Source of the DNA: Mobula hypostoma
Lineage: Eukaryota
Reading direction: 5' to 3'
Assembly: GCF_963921235.1 (NCBI RefSeq)
Contig: NC_086109.1
Coordinates: forward strand, 23,128,001-23,192,000
Length of the DNA: 64,000 bases
The notes under the pieces were generated by a model. That model was not told the origin of the DNA and ran no database searches. It worked only from the letters and a program-made list of their open reading frames with translations. Below are positions 23,100 to 35,344 of this stretch, piece after piece (position 1 is the stretch's first letter; the number at the start of each line of letters is the position of its first letter). The translations under genes and the position numbers were made by a program.

Positions 23100-25620
23100 A
23101 AGTTCCCTGGCCCCCATCACCTTATTTTCACCATGGATGTCCAGTCCCAATATACCTCCATCCCCCACCAGGAAGGTCTCAAAGCTCTCCGCTTCTTTTT
23201 GGATTCCAGACCTAACTAGTTCCCCCTCTACCACCACTCTGCTCCGTCTAGCGGAATTAGTCCTTGCTGTTAATAATTTCTCCTTTGGCTCCTCCTGCTT
23301 CCTCCAAACTAAAGGTGTAGCCATGGGCACCCGTAAGGGTCCCAGCTATGCCTGCCTTTTTGTTGGCTTTGTGGAACAGTCCATGTTCCAAGCCTATACT
23401 GGTATCTGTCCCCCACTTTTCCTTCGCTACATCGACGACTGCATTAGCGCTGCTTCCTGCACGCATGCTGAGCTCGTTGACTTCATTAACTTTGACTCCA
23501 ACCTTCACCCTGCCCTCAAGTTTACCTGGTCCATTTCCGACACCTCCCTCCCCTTTCTAGATCTTCCTGTCTCTGTCTCTGGAGACAGCTTATCCACTGA
23601 TGTCTACTATAAGCCGACTGACTCTCACAGCTATCTGGACTATTCCTCTGCTCACCCTGTCTCTTGCAAAAACGTCATCCCCTTCTCGCAATTCCTCCGT
23701 CTCCGCCGCATCTGCTCTCAGGTTGAGGCTTTTCATTCTAGGATGAAGGAGATGTCCTCCTTTTTTAAAGAAAGGGGATTCCCTTCCTCCACCATCAACT
23801 CTGCTCTCAAATGCATCTCTCCCATCTCACGCACATCTGCTCTCACCCCATTATCCTGCCACCCCACTAGGGATAGGGTTCCCCTTGTCCTCACCTACCA
23901 CCCCACCAGCCTCCGGGTCCAACATATAATTCTCCGTAACTTCTGCCACCTCCAGCAGGATCCCACCACCAAGCACATCTTTCCCTTCCCTCCCCCACTT
24001 TCTGCTTTCCACAGGGATCGCTCCCTACATGCCTCCCTTGTTCATTTGTTCCCCCCACCCCCCTGCCATCCCTTCCCACCGATCTCCCTCCCGGCACTTG
24101 TCCTTGTAAGTGGAACAAGTGCTATACCTGCCCTTACACTTCCTCCCTCCCCACTACTCAGGGCCCCAGACAGTCCTTCCAGGTGAGGCGACACTTCACC
24201 TGTGAGTTGGCCGGTGTGACATACTGCGTCTGGTGCTCCCGATGCGGCATTCTATATATTGGTGAGACCCGGCGCAGACTAGGAGACCATTTCACTGAAC
24301 ACCTACGCTCTGTCCACCAGAGAAAGCAGGATCTCCCAGTTGCCACACATTTTAATTCCACGTCCCATTCCCATTCTGATATGTCAATCCATGGCCTCCT
24401 CTACTGTAAAGATGAAGCCACACTCAGGTTGGAGGAACAACACCTTATGTTCCGTCTGGGTAGCCTCCAACCTGATGGCATGAACATTGGTTTCTCTAAC
24501 TTCCGTTAATGCCCCTCCTTCCCTTCTTACTCCATCCATTATTTATTTATTTATCTATCTATCTCCTCCGCCCCCCCCACTTTTCTCTTTTTTCTCTCTC
24601 CGTCCCTCTCACAATCACTCCTTGCCTGCTCTCCATCTTCCTCTGGGCTCCCCTCCCCCTTTCTTTCTCCCTAGGCCTCCCATCCCACGATCCTCCCCTT
24701 CTCCAGCTCTGTATCCCTTTTGCCAATCAACTTTCCAGCTCTTAGCTTCAACCTTCCCCCTCCTGTCTTCTCCTATCATTTCGGATCTCCTCCTCTCCCT
24801 CCCACTTTCAAATCTCTTACTATCTCACTATAGGAGGACAAGAAGATGGCGACGCAACGGCAGCGCGCGCGGCCTCTCTGGTGAATGATATCTGTAATCT
24901 GTCAAGCAGGGGACCGTGCACAATTCTGATTTGATGGAGACGGACGTGAGAGCACGGGGGAACATCTGGAAAACTTCTGAAATGCCCGCTTCGCTGCCGC
25001 TGCTACTGTGTGTTAACCGGAATCTCCGGAGCAGAAGGCCCCGAATCCTCGGCTTTGCTTGTTTCAGCGGCCGGGGCTAGGTCGAAGGCGCTCGGCAGAG
25101 GATGGCGCTCGGGAGGCTGTATCGGAGGGGCTGGTCGGAGGCTCGAAGTTTTCGGACGGACGGTCTCAGTGTCGGCTGCTTTCAAGGCATCAGCAAGTTG
25201 ACGGTGCCTGGAGGTTTATGGCAGGGAGTTTCTCTCTTTTGCCACCTGCTACCGGGGACTCGGAAGTCGATCGACTCGGGGACTTTGAGACTTTTTTTAC
25301 CGTGCCCATGGTTTGTTCTTCATCAAATTATGGTATTGCTTTGTACTGCTGTAACTATATGTTATAATTATGTGGTTCTGTCAGTGTTAGTCTTTGGTTT
25401 GTCCTGTTTTCTGTGATATCACTCCGGAGAAACATTGTATCATTTCTTAATGCACGTATCCATTTCTAAATGACAATAAAAGAGGACTGAGTGTTCTCAT
25501 AATCTAATCTAATCTCTTCTTTCAGTTAGTCCTGATGAAGGGTCTCAGCCCGAAACTTCAACTGTACTTCTTCCTATAGATGCTGCCTGGCCTGCTGCGT
25601 TCCACCAGCATTTTGTGTGT
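23100..25620 (+). mobile_element. Penelope-like element (Neptune type), 5'-truncated: RT C-terminal half, Cys-rich linker, GIY-YIG endonuclease, 3' terminus
   Basis: QTKGVAMGT..GPSYACLF, FLRYIDD, LPFLD, VYYKPTDSHSYL, SQFLRLRRICS; linker PGTCPCKWNKCYTC; YCVWCSRCGILYIGET...EHL...VATHF. Frameshifted; interrupted at ~24826-25515. Confidence 0.93.
24826..25515 (+). mobile_element. Non-autonomous LINE-derived element inserted in the PLE terminus
   Basis: 5' aagatggcg motif, CpG-rich head, 3' tgacaataaa...(aatct)n tail. Splits PLE sequence cttactatctc|ttctttcagttagtcc. Second copy at 52838-53390. Confidence 0.8.
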
Positions 25621-25639
25621 GATACAGTGAAATGCAACG

Positions 25640-25960
25640 ACTTGGAACTCAAGTTCCTCTTTGCATGAACGTTTCCATACAGCACTGAGGAACTGGTGAA
25701 ACTGCCTTTTAAAATGAGAAGTTAAGCGCAAGCCTCCCAGCTGGATGCAAATGATCCTACTAAACTACTTTGAACAGTATGGGAATCCAGGCTGACACTT
25801 AACCCTTTAACTGCTCACACTAGAAGAGATTACTGCATGTAATGCCTTAATGTAGATAAATTGGTTATTTATCCCAGTGTACAATATCAACCATACTGTA
25901 AGATATTCTTAGTTTGCCAGAAAGTTCTTTGGAAGGCCCAGAGGTCAAAAAAAGGTGAAC
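25640..25960 (+). mobile_element. Degraded Deu-domain SINE
   Basis: ctgccttttaaaatgagaagttaagc...gctggatgcaaatgatcc...ctactttgaa resembles the Deu central domain as I recall it. Confidence 0.4.
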
Positions 25961-27543
25961 TCATTGAGAATCAAGGTAATGAATTAGAGTGTCACACAAA
26001 ATAAAAAGTGTATTTATGTCGCAAGCATTACCCTCTGTGGTGGATGTGAAATAATGCCTGCTCTATAAACCATCTGCTTATTATTCAAGATTGCACAGAC
26101 TAAAGAGTTTTCAATAGCCTCCTCTAATCAAAAATCACTGCAATTCCCCAGAACAGGATCATACAGATGGTTTATTACTTAAATGTGCTTTGCAAGTGCC
26201 AAATGTGCCCAGAGTTTTTGGGACACTGACTACATAGAGTATATCAGGCAGAGCTCTCCAAAGGTTCCACATGCACGCTGATGTTCATGCAGCCCAGAGC
26301 ACTATAGAGCTCCCCACTCAAATGACCTAGTGTGCTCCTTTGTCCTCGGCCTGGCAGAAGAAGCAAATGCAAAGAAAAATGGAACAAATTTGTTTCCTGA
26401 GGTGTGGAGAGGGAAATAGTCCCAAGTGTTTCAACAGCTTATCTATTTGAATATAGGCTGGCATCGAAACAAAACACAAATTACGTGAAACAGCTTAGTA
26501 AGGCATATCTGTATCACACTGCATCCATAATATTTCTAAATGAAATCGCGACAGAGGTCCCCAAGCAATTAACAGCCTTTACAGATCTCCTGCCAGTCTC
26601 GGGTCATGTGCATGTGGCTGCACTGCTAATGGGAAATCACGGTGTCAAGAGAGTCTCCTTCCACTCAAGCAAGTCGGTGCTTAAGATCAACATTTTGGCG
26701 CAAAGTTAATAAACCTCTCTTTCACACTGGGGTTTCGTAGCTCAGCACTGCTCCCTGACCTGCTGTGTTCCCAAGGCAAATGGGGTTGGGTTGATGTTGG
26801 AAGCTATTGCTCAGAAATCAAAATTGAATTGGAAAACCGAGCTACAGAATGTCAGCAGACCAGTGAGGTTGTAGTTGTCATCAACATTTCCAATCTTCTC
26901 AGGGACACATCTATATCTTTGTTTGCATTGTGTAAGTATAAATAGATACAGTGGTCTATGTTATGTCTTGCAGTGGCTGCAGTGCAATCTTTGTGAGTTT
27001 TGAGATGTTAGGCAAATATTAACAGTCAATGTGAAACCAGTTTTGAAGTTCAGCAAGAAAGTAAAGCTATGACTTTTCTTCTGAGCTTAAAATGTGATGT
27101 GTTTGTAACAAAGTCAAAACTGTGGGTAAGATTTAGAAGCTTGAGTTCAATTGGCTAAGTTCTTCAGTATATGCATAATGACCAGTTTTAATACAGCACT
27201 TTCAATATAATGTCCAGAGATGCTACCCCACAGCCTCTCTTGTACAATGGAAATTCACTGCCAATGTGTTTGATTACCTTAAGGGTTAAAATGCAAGGTT
27301 TTATCCCCATACATTGAACTCACACTTGTTCAGATACTCCCATCAAAAATACTTGTCAACATTTTCACACATCACTTTGCTGAAAGCAGTGTGATTTAAA
27401 TACACAAACATGGTCTGCTGAATCTAATTGAGTGGTTTGGGGTATTTACGTACAGAATAATAGACCCAAATGCAAATTGAAAGCTGCAGTTTAATTGAGG
27501 AACTTCACTGAGAGTCTGTGGATTTAAATTGTGCTTCACATAC

Positions 27544-27739
27544 TTGAACTGCAGGTGATCCTTTGTGCTCCTAGTTTTGGCCATGAACCGCTCAGCTAAT
27601 TTCTCTAGGTTCCTCGAGTAGTCCATCTCAATCTCCGATTTTTTCCGGAAGAAGTCTTGCAGGTCCTGAAGCAGCTGGACCCTGGCCTCTGACTGCTGGT
27701 CCAAGCATTTCAGTTGTTCCAGAAGCTGGGCTCGGATTT
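27544..27739 (-). CDS. SRGAP-family (SRGAP1/SRGAP2-like) coding exon, probably coding exon 2; start of F-BAR domain
   Basis: Translates (E)IRAQLLEQLKCLDQQSEARVQLLQDLQDFFRKKSEIEMDYSRNLEKLAERFMAKTRSTKDHLQF(K). Acceptor tttttttttacttcag (AG at 27741-27740), donor gtatgt at 27543. 196 nt, phase 1 to phase 2. Paralog not resolved. Confidence 0.95.
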
Positions 27740-27859
27740 CTGAAGTAAAAAAAAATGTATATCATGATTCAACAGATAGACTCTGATTGGCTTGGAGATG
27801 TCGCTCTTGTGGTTTTCATTTTAAATTTATTAATTCACAAGACCCAAGTAATGCTGGAC

Positions 27860-28200
27860 TATCAACATTTATTGTCTACCCCTCCTTCCCTTCCTCCCAT
27901 GGTGCATCCTCCTCTCCTATCAGATCCCTCCTTCTTCAGCCTTTTACCTTCTGCACCTATCACCTCCCAGCTTCTCACTTCATTTCCCCTCCCCCACCCA
28001 CCCACCTTCCCCCTTCTCCTGGCTTTACCTATCACCTGCCAGCTTGTACTCCCTAGCCCTCCTCCCCCCACCACCGTCTTACTCTAGCTTCTTCCTCCTT
28101 CCTTTTCAGTCCTGATTAAGGGTCTCAGCGCAAAATGTCGACTGTTTATTCCCCTCCATAGTTGCTGCCTGACCTGCTGAGCATCTGCAGAATCCCTTGT
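27860..28200 (+). mobile_element. Penelope-like 3' UTR/terminus ~120 nt upstream of the SRGAP exon acceptor
   Basis: Pyrimidine-rich UTR, cagtcctgattaagggtctcagc..., gctgcctgacctgctgagcatctgcagaat. Confidence 0.8.
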
Positions 28201-28604
28201 GCTATTGACCATCCCTGACAAGCCCTGAAATGAGTAACCTGGTATCTAAAACTCAACGAAAGTGCTGTGGGCCCAGGATCGTATCTGCAGAATAGTAAGA
28301 ATGGCAGCTTTCCTTTTCTAAAGGCCTTAGTGAAACAGTTTAAGTTTTTTTGTAGCCATCCTGTATTTGCTGTTCCAGAACTATTTAATAAAATGAATTT
28401 AGTTGCCTAATTAACTTGGTGGAATTTGTACCTGTCTTCACACCAACTGTAAGGACTTCCAAAAACCTGTCTATTAACATAATCCATTTGCTACCATAAT
28501 CTGGCTTTTTATGGTTAATCCATTCTCTTTTAAAAGTGAGGACAACAGTTTGGAAGTCAGTGGACCAATCTGCTGGATCACTCTAAATGTGTCCCACGTC
28601 CAGA

Positions 28605-28785
28605 TGTGCTTTCCTCCGGGAGCTCTGGTTTCCTCCCCCAGTCCAAAGACGTACTGGTTGGTAAATTAATTGGTGATTGTAAATTGTCCCGTGATTATGC
28701 CAGGATTAAACCAGTGGTTGCTGGGCGGTGTGGTTCCAAGGCCCAGAAGGGCCTATTCCAAACTGTATCTCATAAATAAATAAAG
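28605..28785 (+). mobile_element. V-SINE fragment
   Basis: V-domain tttcctccgggagctctggtttcctcccccagtccaaagacg...taattggtgattgtaaattgtccc; (taaa)n tail. Confidence 0.75.
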
Positions 28786-29454
28786 AGGGCTTCAGTGAAT
28801 GCCACCTGGTAATCTACCTAGAACGTGTTGCCTCTCCAGCAGAAGGACTCGTGCAACTGAGTGGTACCGGCTAACACACCTCAATAATCAGAACATTCAA
28901 GTGAGTTACGTACTGAACAAAAGACCTTTGGGGGAAGGCTGCAGTGTCACGCCGCACCCTCTAAATCTCCTTTGTACACAATGTACAAAAGGATGTGGCC
29001 TACATGCTGTGTTTAAAAATATGAGATTATGTACTTTAAAGACAGGAAAGTATTAGTTGTAAATACTGTGTTGGCAATTTTGTTGTTGAGATAATGAAGG
29101 AAGTACATAAATTTTCTGGTGAAATTAAGTATTTAATTATGTTAAACAAAAAACAAATCACTGCTAAAGGAGAGTGTAAAGTTTTGAGGAAGTTGTGTGC
29201 AGCACAATGCTGTTGCTGGACAGTGAGATTGACGCCAAACACAGCAGTTTCAAGAGTATGGCTTAAATAGCAAGACACAACAGGAAACCACACTGATCAG
29301 AAAGAAGAGGAATAAAGTTAAATTGTGCAACATTTTTATTGAGTTTTCTGATCCTTCTCTCAGAAAGCACCTCATAAATAAAGAAAAATTAGGGAACAAG
29401 TGATTTCAGCTTAACGTCCGGTTAGCTGCCAATAGGTGACAACACAGGCTATTT

Positions 29455-29815
29455 TTTTTTGAGAGATACAGCACATAATAAGCCCTTCCAGCCCTTTGAG
29501 CCGCGTTTCTAAAACCCGCCAATTTAACCCTAGCCTAATCATGGGACAATTTACAATGACCAATTAACCTATTCACCAGTATGTCTTTGGACTGTGGGAG
29601 AAAACCAAAGCAACCGGAGGAAACCCATGTGGACACCGGAAAGAAAGTAAAAATACTTGCTTACAGAGGACAATAAGACCATAAGATATAGGAGTAGAAT
29701 TAGGCCATTTGGCCCATCGAGTCTGGTCCGCCATTCATCACAGCTGATCCAATTTTCCTCAGAGCCCCAAATTCCTGCCTTCTCCCTGTATCCCTTCATG
29801 CCCTGACCAATGGTC
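29455..29815 (-). mobile_element. V-SINE fragment (to ~29670) adjoining a CR1 3' tail
   Basis: gtctttggactgtgggagaaaaccaaagcaaccggaggaaaccca; then ataagaccataagatataggagtagaattaggccatttggccc. Confidence 0.7.
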
Positions 29816-30134
29816 ATAGACCATAATGCAACAACCATAATGTGAAGGAAGCTTTTTTGATGACAGCATATTTGAATGGTAGTAGGAGTGCACCAGGATA
29901 GATAGAGCTGTTTACAGTTTCAATTGGCAAAGGGCCAAGTTAAGTTAAATCGTCATCGCCAGAATTGAACTCCGAACTCCAAGGCCCCAAGCCGTAATAG
30001 GGTTATGATAACTGCTATGATACTGGGGTGCTCCAACTTTGGTACCTTCTTGAAATAAAGGAAAATTCATTGATGCAGAATTTAAGACAGAGTCTTAAAT
30101 TCCACAATTTAATTCCCTTGTTTATAAACCCTTT

Positions 30135-31445
30135 TCTGATCTCTCTGTCTCTATCTCTGGAGACAGTCTATCTACTGATATCTTTTATAAATCCACTGAC
30201 TCTCACAGCTATCCTAACTGTACCTCTTCCCACCCTGTCACTTGTAAAGATGGCATTCCCTTTTCTCAGTTCCTTCATCTCCTCCACATCTGTTCTCAGG
30301 ATGAGGCTTTTTAGTCCAGAACAACGGAGATGTCCTCCTTCTTCAAAGAAAGGGGCTTCCCTCCCTCCACCATCAACGCTACCTTTAACCGCATCTCTTC
30401 CATTTCATGCACGTCTGCCCTCACCCCATCCTCCGGCCGCCACACCAGGGATGGGGTTCCTCTTGTCCTCACCTACCACCCCTCAAGCAGCACACAATTT
30501 TCCATAACTTCCGCGACCTCCAATGGGATCCCAACACTAAGCACCTCTTCCCTCACTCCCCCACTTTCCGCTTTCCGCAGGGATCGCTCCCTACGTGACT
30601 CTCTTGTCAATTCGCCCATCCCCACTGATCTCCCTCCTGGCACTTGTCCTTGCAAATGAAACAAGTGCCATACCTGCTCCTACACGTCCTCCCTCACTAC
30701 CATTCAGGCCCAAACAGTCCTTCCAGGTGAGGCAACACTTCACCTGTAAGAGTCTCTTGGGGTCGTCTACAGAATCCAGTGTTTCTGGTGTGCCCTCTTG
30801 TATATCAGTGAGACCCGACATTGATTGGGAGACTGCTTCATCGAGCACCTTCATTCCGTCTGCCACAAAAACCTCCTGGTGGCCCTCCATTTCAATCCTA
30901 CTTCCCATTCCCATTCTGGCATGTCAGTCCATAGCCTCCTCTACTGCCGTGATAAGGCCACACTCAGGTTGGAGGAGCAGCACCTTGATATTCTGTCTGG
31001 GTAGCATCCAACCTAATGCCCCCCACTCTTTTAGTCATAGTCACAGTCATATTTTATTGATCCTGGGGGAAATGGGAAATTTTGCCATTCCCCATTCTTG
31101 TTTCTCTCTCACACCTTCTCTTCTTATCTGCTCATCACCTCCCTCTGGTGCTCCTCCTCCTTCCCTTTCTTCCATCATCTTCTGTCCCCTCCTATCAGAT
31201 TCCCCAATCTCCAGGCCTTTATCTCTTTCACCAATCAACTTTCCAGCTCTTTACTTCACCCCTTCCCCTTTCCCGGTTTCACCTTTCAGCTGCTACCTTG
31301 TAATCCTTCCTCCCCTGACCCCACTTTCTTATTCTGACTTCTTTCCCAGTCCTGATGAAGAGTCTCGGCTCGAAACTTCAACTGTTTATTCCCATCCATT
31401 AATGATACCTGACCTGCTGAGCTCCTCCAGCACATTGTGTGCATT
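30135..31445 (+). mobile_element. Degraded Penelope-like element (RT C-terminus, GIY-YIG, terminus), containing a Rex-type tail insert at ~31030-31080
   Basis: MSSFFKERGFPPSTIN...VPLVLTYHP...PPGTCPCK; homologous to 23560-24520; hammerhead motif at 31347-31384. Confidence 0.88.
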
Positions 31446-31519
31446 GGTCATTAATACAAAGTCTGTCTGAATATATTCATTTTATATGTAAACATCTATA
31501 TTCAAAAACTATCCGCAGG

Positions 31520-32165
31520 ATAACTGTGGCACAAAGGGGCTTGGAAGTGCTTGTGCAGGATTCTCTAAAGGTTAATTTGCTTATTGAGTCTGTGGTAAGG
31601 AAGGCAAATTTGATGTTAGCATTCATTTCAAGAATATAAAAGCAGGGATGCAATGTTGAGACTTTATAAAGCACTGGTGAGGCCTCACTTGGAGAATTGT
31701 GAGCAGTTTTGGGCCCCTTATCTTAGAAAGGATGTGCTGAAACTGGAGAGTGTTCACAAAAATGATTCCAGGTTCGCACGGCTTGTCATATTTAGAGTGT
31801 TTGATGAGGGGTGACCTCATTGGAAACCTACTGAATGGTGAAAGGCCTTGATAGAGTGGATGTGGAGAGGCTGTTTCCTATGGTGGGAGAATCTAAGACA
31901 TGAGGACACAACCTCAGAATAGAGGGGCGGCCTTTTAGAACGGAGATGAAGAATTTCTTTAGCTAGATAGTGGTGAATCTGTGGAATTCATTGCAGCTGT
32001 GGAGGCCAAGTCTGATTGTATATTTAAAGAGAAGGTTGATAGACTCTTAGTTGATCAGGGCTTGAAGGGATACAGGAAGAAGGCTGGAGATTGGGGCTGA
32101 GAGAAACAATTGGATCAGCCATGATGAAACGTTGGAGCAGACTCTGCTCCCATGTCTTATAGTCT
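31520..32165 (+). mobile_element. CR1-type LINE 3' fragment
   Basis: ctggtgaggcctcacttggag..tgtgagcagttttgggcccc; gatagagtggatgtggagagg; tail tgtcttatagtctt. Confidence 0.8.
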
Positions 32166-35100
32166 TAAACTCAGAGTTTTAAAAGTGCTCTTGGGATTTA
32201 GTGAGCCATTTAAATTCGTTGCTCACACTTCATCCGGTGAGGTGTGCTTCTCTTTGAGTAGTTCATGCCACGTCCACGCCGATATTTTCACCCATTTACT
32301 CTGAACCAATTCGACCACATCAGGAGTGTATCCTTCTGTGTCTTGCCTGTCTAAATGTCTATCTAAATACCTCTCGAATGCAGCAAATGCATACGATTCT
32401 ACCACCTCCATGTTCCAGACGTCAACAACACTGTGTAAAAAAGCTTTCTCCTTACAAATGTGAGAAAATCTGCTGATGCTGGAAACCTACAGCAACACAC
32501 ACAAATCACCAGAGGAACTTAGTGGGTCAGGCAGCATCTAAGGTCCTAAGCTTTCTCCTAAGATATTTTTAAAACTCCTTCCTTTTACTTTAAACCTATG
32601 TCCTCTTGTTTTTTTTTAATATAACCCTACCATGTGATCAAAGATTTCCGCTATCTACTCCACTTAGTCTCTCATAATCTTACAAGTCCTCCACAGCTTA
32701 CCAATGCCCAGTTTATGCACAGCCCATACATACTAGCAAGCATTAGGAGACAGACAGGATGGATTTGCCAGCTGCTGCAGGCATCTGTTGCTATGTGGGA
32801 ACTTGGATCGCTGCTGCAGGTCCAACTTGCAAACTGTCATGGTTAGGAACAGTTCACGGGAATGGAAGCCTGCCAGAATCTGGGGAGGACCTGTATATAC
32901 CTCCATCACACCAGCCCTCAGCTCCTTCACTCCAGGGAAAAGAATGCCAGTCCCTCCACTCTCTCCCCATAACCAACGTCCTCCATTGCAGGCAACATCC
33001 TGGTGAATCTCCTCTGCATTCTGTCCAGTGACATCACATCCTTCCGATAAGACAGCAACCAGAACTGCACACGGTACTAAAGTGTGGCCTAATCAACATT
33101 TTGTAAAGTTGTAAAATTGCAGAAATTCTTATCAAATTCTATTATGAGCATCACAATGAAAAAAATTATTTAAGTTCCAGCCCAAGCAATGTTCTGAGGA
33201 AAACAACCAAGGATGGACAATATGGTGATACCTGCAAGAAAAATGGATCTTCAAAGGCCTTTGGGAGAATGAGGCAAATAAAGATGAGAACAGTTCTATT
33301 AAATACTTTCCATGAATGTTGATGAAGGAAATTGCCATTCTTGGGCTGGGTTCATAAATGCCACTGGAACCCCGGTAACCCGGCTGAAAATAAGTAAGTG
33401 ATCTCTACATCACAAGCCTAAGTAAAAAAAACCTTCATGTTAAGTATCTTAATTACAAATTATGATGTCCTTAACAGCACAGAAAGAGTTTACTCTGCCA
33501 CAAACCCAAGTAAATATTGGAGAGATCAAAGCAATCCTCTTCAGTCCTAATCCTAAAACTCTATTTCTCCACTATCATATCTGTTCCTTTTTTCTGACAA
33601 ATTTATGAAACTCAACGTAGTATATTAGGCATGATCCTTTGGTCCACTTACTCATGTCATCACGATGACAACGTTTTCTCATTTCTTAATATAGCTTGAC
33701 TTTGTGTCAACTTATCTGGTGCTCAAATTCTCAAACAACTCTGTTACCTCTGTTCCAATGCACTTCATTGATCTATCGTCCATATATTTGACATCCAACA
33801 TTGCCGGCCATATGTAAACTTACATTACCCTGCACATTTATTATCCCTGCTGGCTGCACCTCTTTAAGGCAATGGTTTGATTTTCAATTTTGTCTCATCT
33901 CTCTTGATTTCCTCAGACACACAATCTCTGAAATCTTTGTACTCCTCCCAGTCCAGCCCTTTAATCATTCTGTAATTTATCTGTTTTACCACTGACAGCC
34001 ATGCTTTCATCTATCAAGGCTCTTCACTCTAGAAATCTACCCTTTATCCTTTGAGGCATTTCTCAAGGCCCGGCATCTGTTCTGACATTACTTCTGTAGC
34101 TTAGTTCAAAAAATTTTCAATAATTTTGCGGTTAAATAACCTTCCAAATTTTATGCTAAGACATGTAAGTTGTTGACTCCTTCAAAACAATTCCCAATTT
34201 CATCCGGTATCCTTGCTTTCATCCTATTATGCTGCTTGATGGCTCTCATTTGCAGTAACATCTATACACAATCTGATATATCTCCATTTCAGATAGTGCT
34301 TTCCAGATCATAATATCTTGATTAAATTTACTTAATTGAATAGCCACCTACCCATTCAACAGCAAAACAGCTCTAATAGCATATTCATCTATACTATAAT
34401 AATGAGTATCTGAAATCAAACAACAATATACTATCTAAGTCTGCAATTTACAGAGAAAGAGATCTTCAAAGGCCAAGATTTGCTCCATTAGGAAATTCTA
34501 ATTTTGATAATCCTTCAGGCAAATTCCAATTTCTGTTTAGACTTGTGTGCGCTTTGCTCATAGAGTAGTTGTAATCATACTTTGTTTGCAGCTACTTGGG
34601 CCGTGCCCAAGAATATGTCATGCACAAGTGGCAGGACATCACAAGTACTCTGGTGACCCAGTCAACAATTGATGGAGGTAGGGACAGAAGGAGAAAAGGT
34701 AAATGCGTGTCTGGAGGTCAGACTTTAGAGGGATCTGAAGAAGTAGCTTTTGTTAATCACCTCAATGATGTAAGGGTACTTAATCAAATAAGTGTATGCC
34801 TTCACAAGTTTTTCCTACTAGTATAAAAATGTTTTGGGCAAGTTTAAAACTATTCCTTCAGAGTTCCAGCCAATACACAAATAAATCCCAACATGGCAGG
34901 AATTAGCATCTTGCTGAAACAGCGATAGATCAGGAATAATTTTTTTAACAGCTGTCGATGGACACAGTCTTCTAAAGGTTTAGTGGAGACCCTGAATTGT
35001 CGTATAACTCGTGCAGTTTCTGCCTTCAAGTGAATGCAGCAACGTTATTGGTGGAGTTGCAGGACATCGCTCAGCCTATTGCTCATGCATCAACCTAGAT

Positions 35101-35344
35101 TCCGATCTTTCCAGACCCTGGAAAGAACAGCAGCTGTGTTATATTGGAAATGTGAGCACAAATTGCATTTTCTGTACATACTGCTATAAAACTGAAGGCC
35201 AATCAATGCATTGTCTGGCTCTTTGAAAGTGCTATAAAATTAGCTATTCTCCCTTTTCAACATTCTCCAAAGTCCTGAAATGAATTCTTCTTCAGCTATT
35301 CATTCAATTCCCTTTAAAAAGAATGTGATTTAATCTATTCTTAA

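Noticed and set aside
23038..24509. RT plus GIY-YIG as a retron, group II intron or domesticated gene
   Set aside because: Architecture, frameshifts, 5' truncation and many decayed relatives fit an ordinary Penelope-like retrotransposon copy.
24830..25270. CpG-rich patch as a host CpG-island promoter
   Set aside because: Lies within a repeated element with a second copy at 52838-53390.
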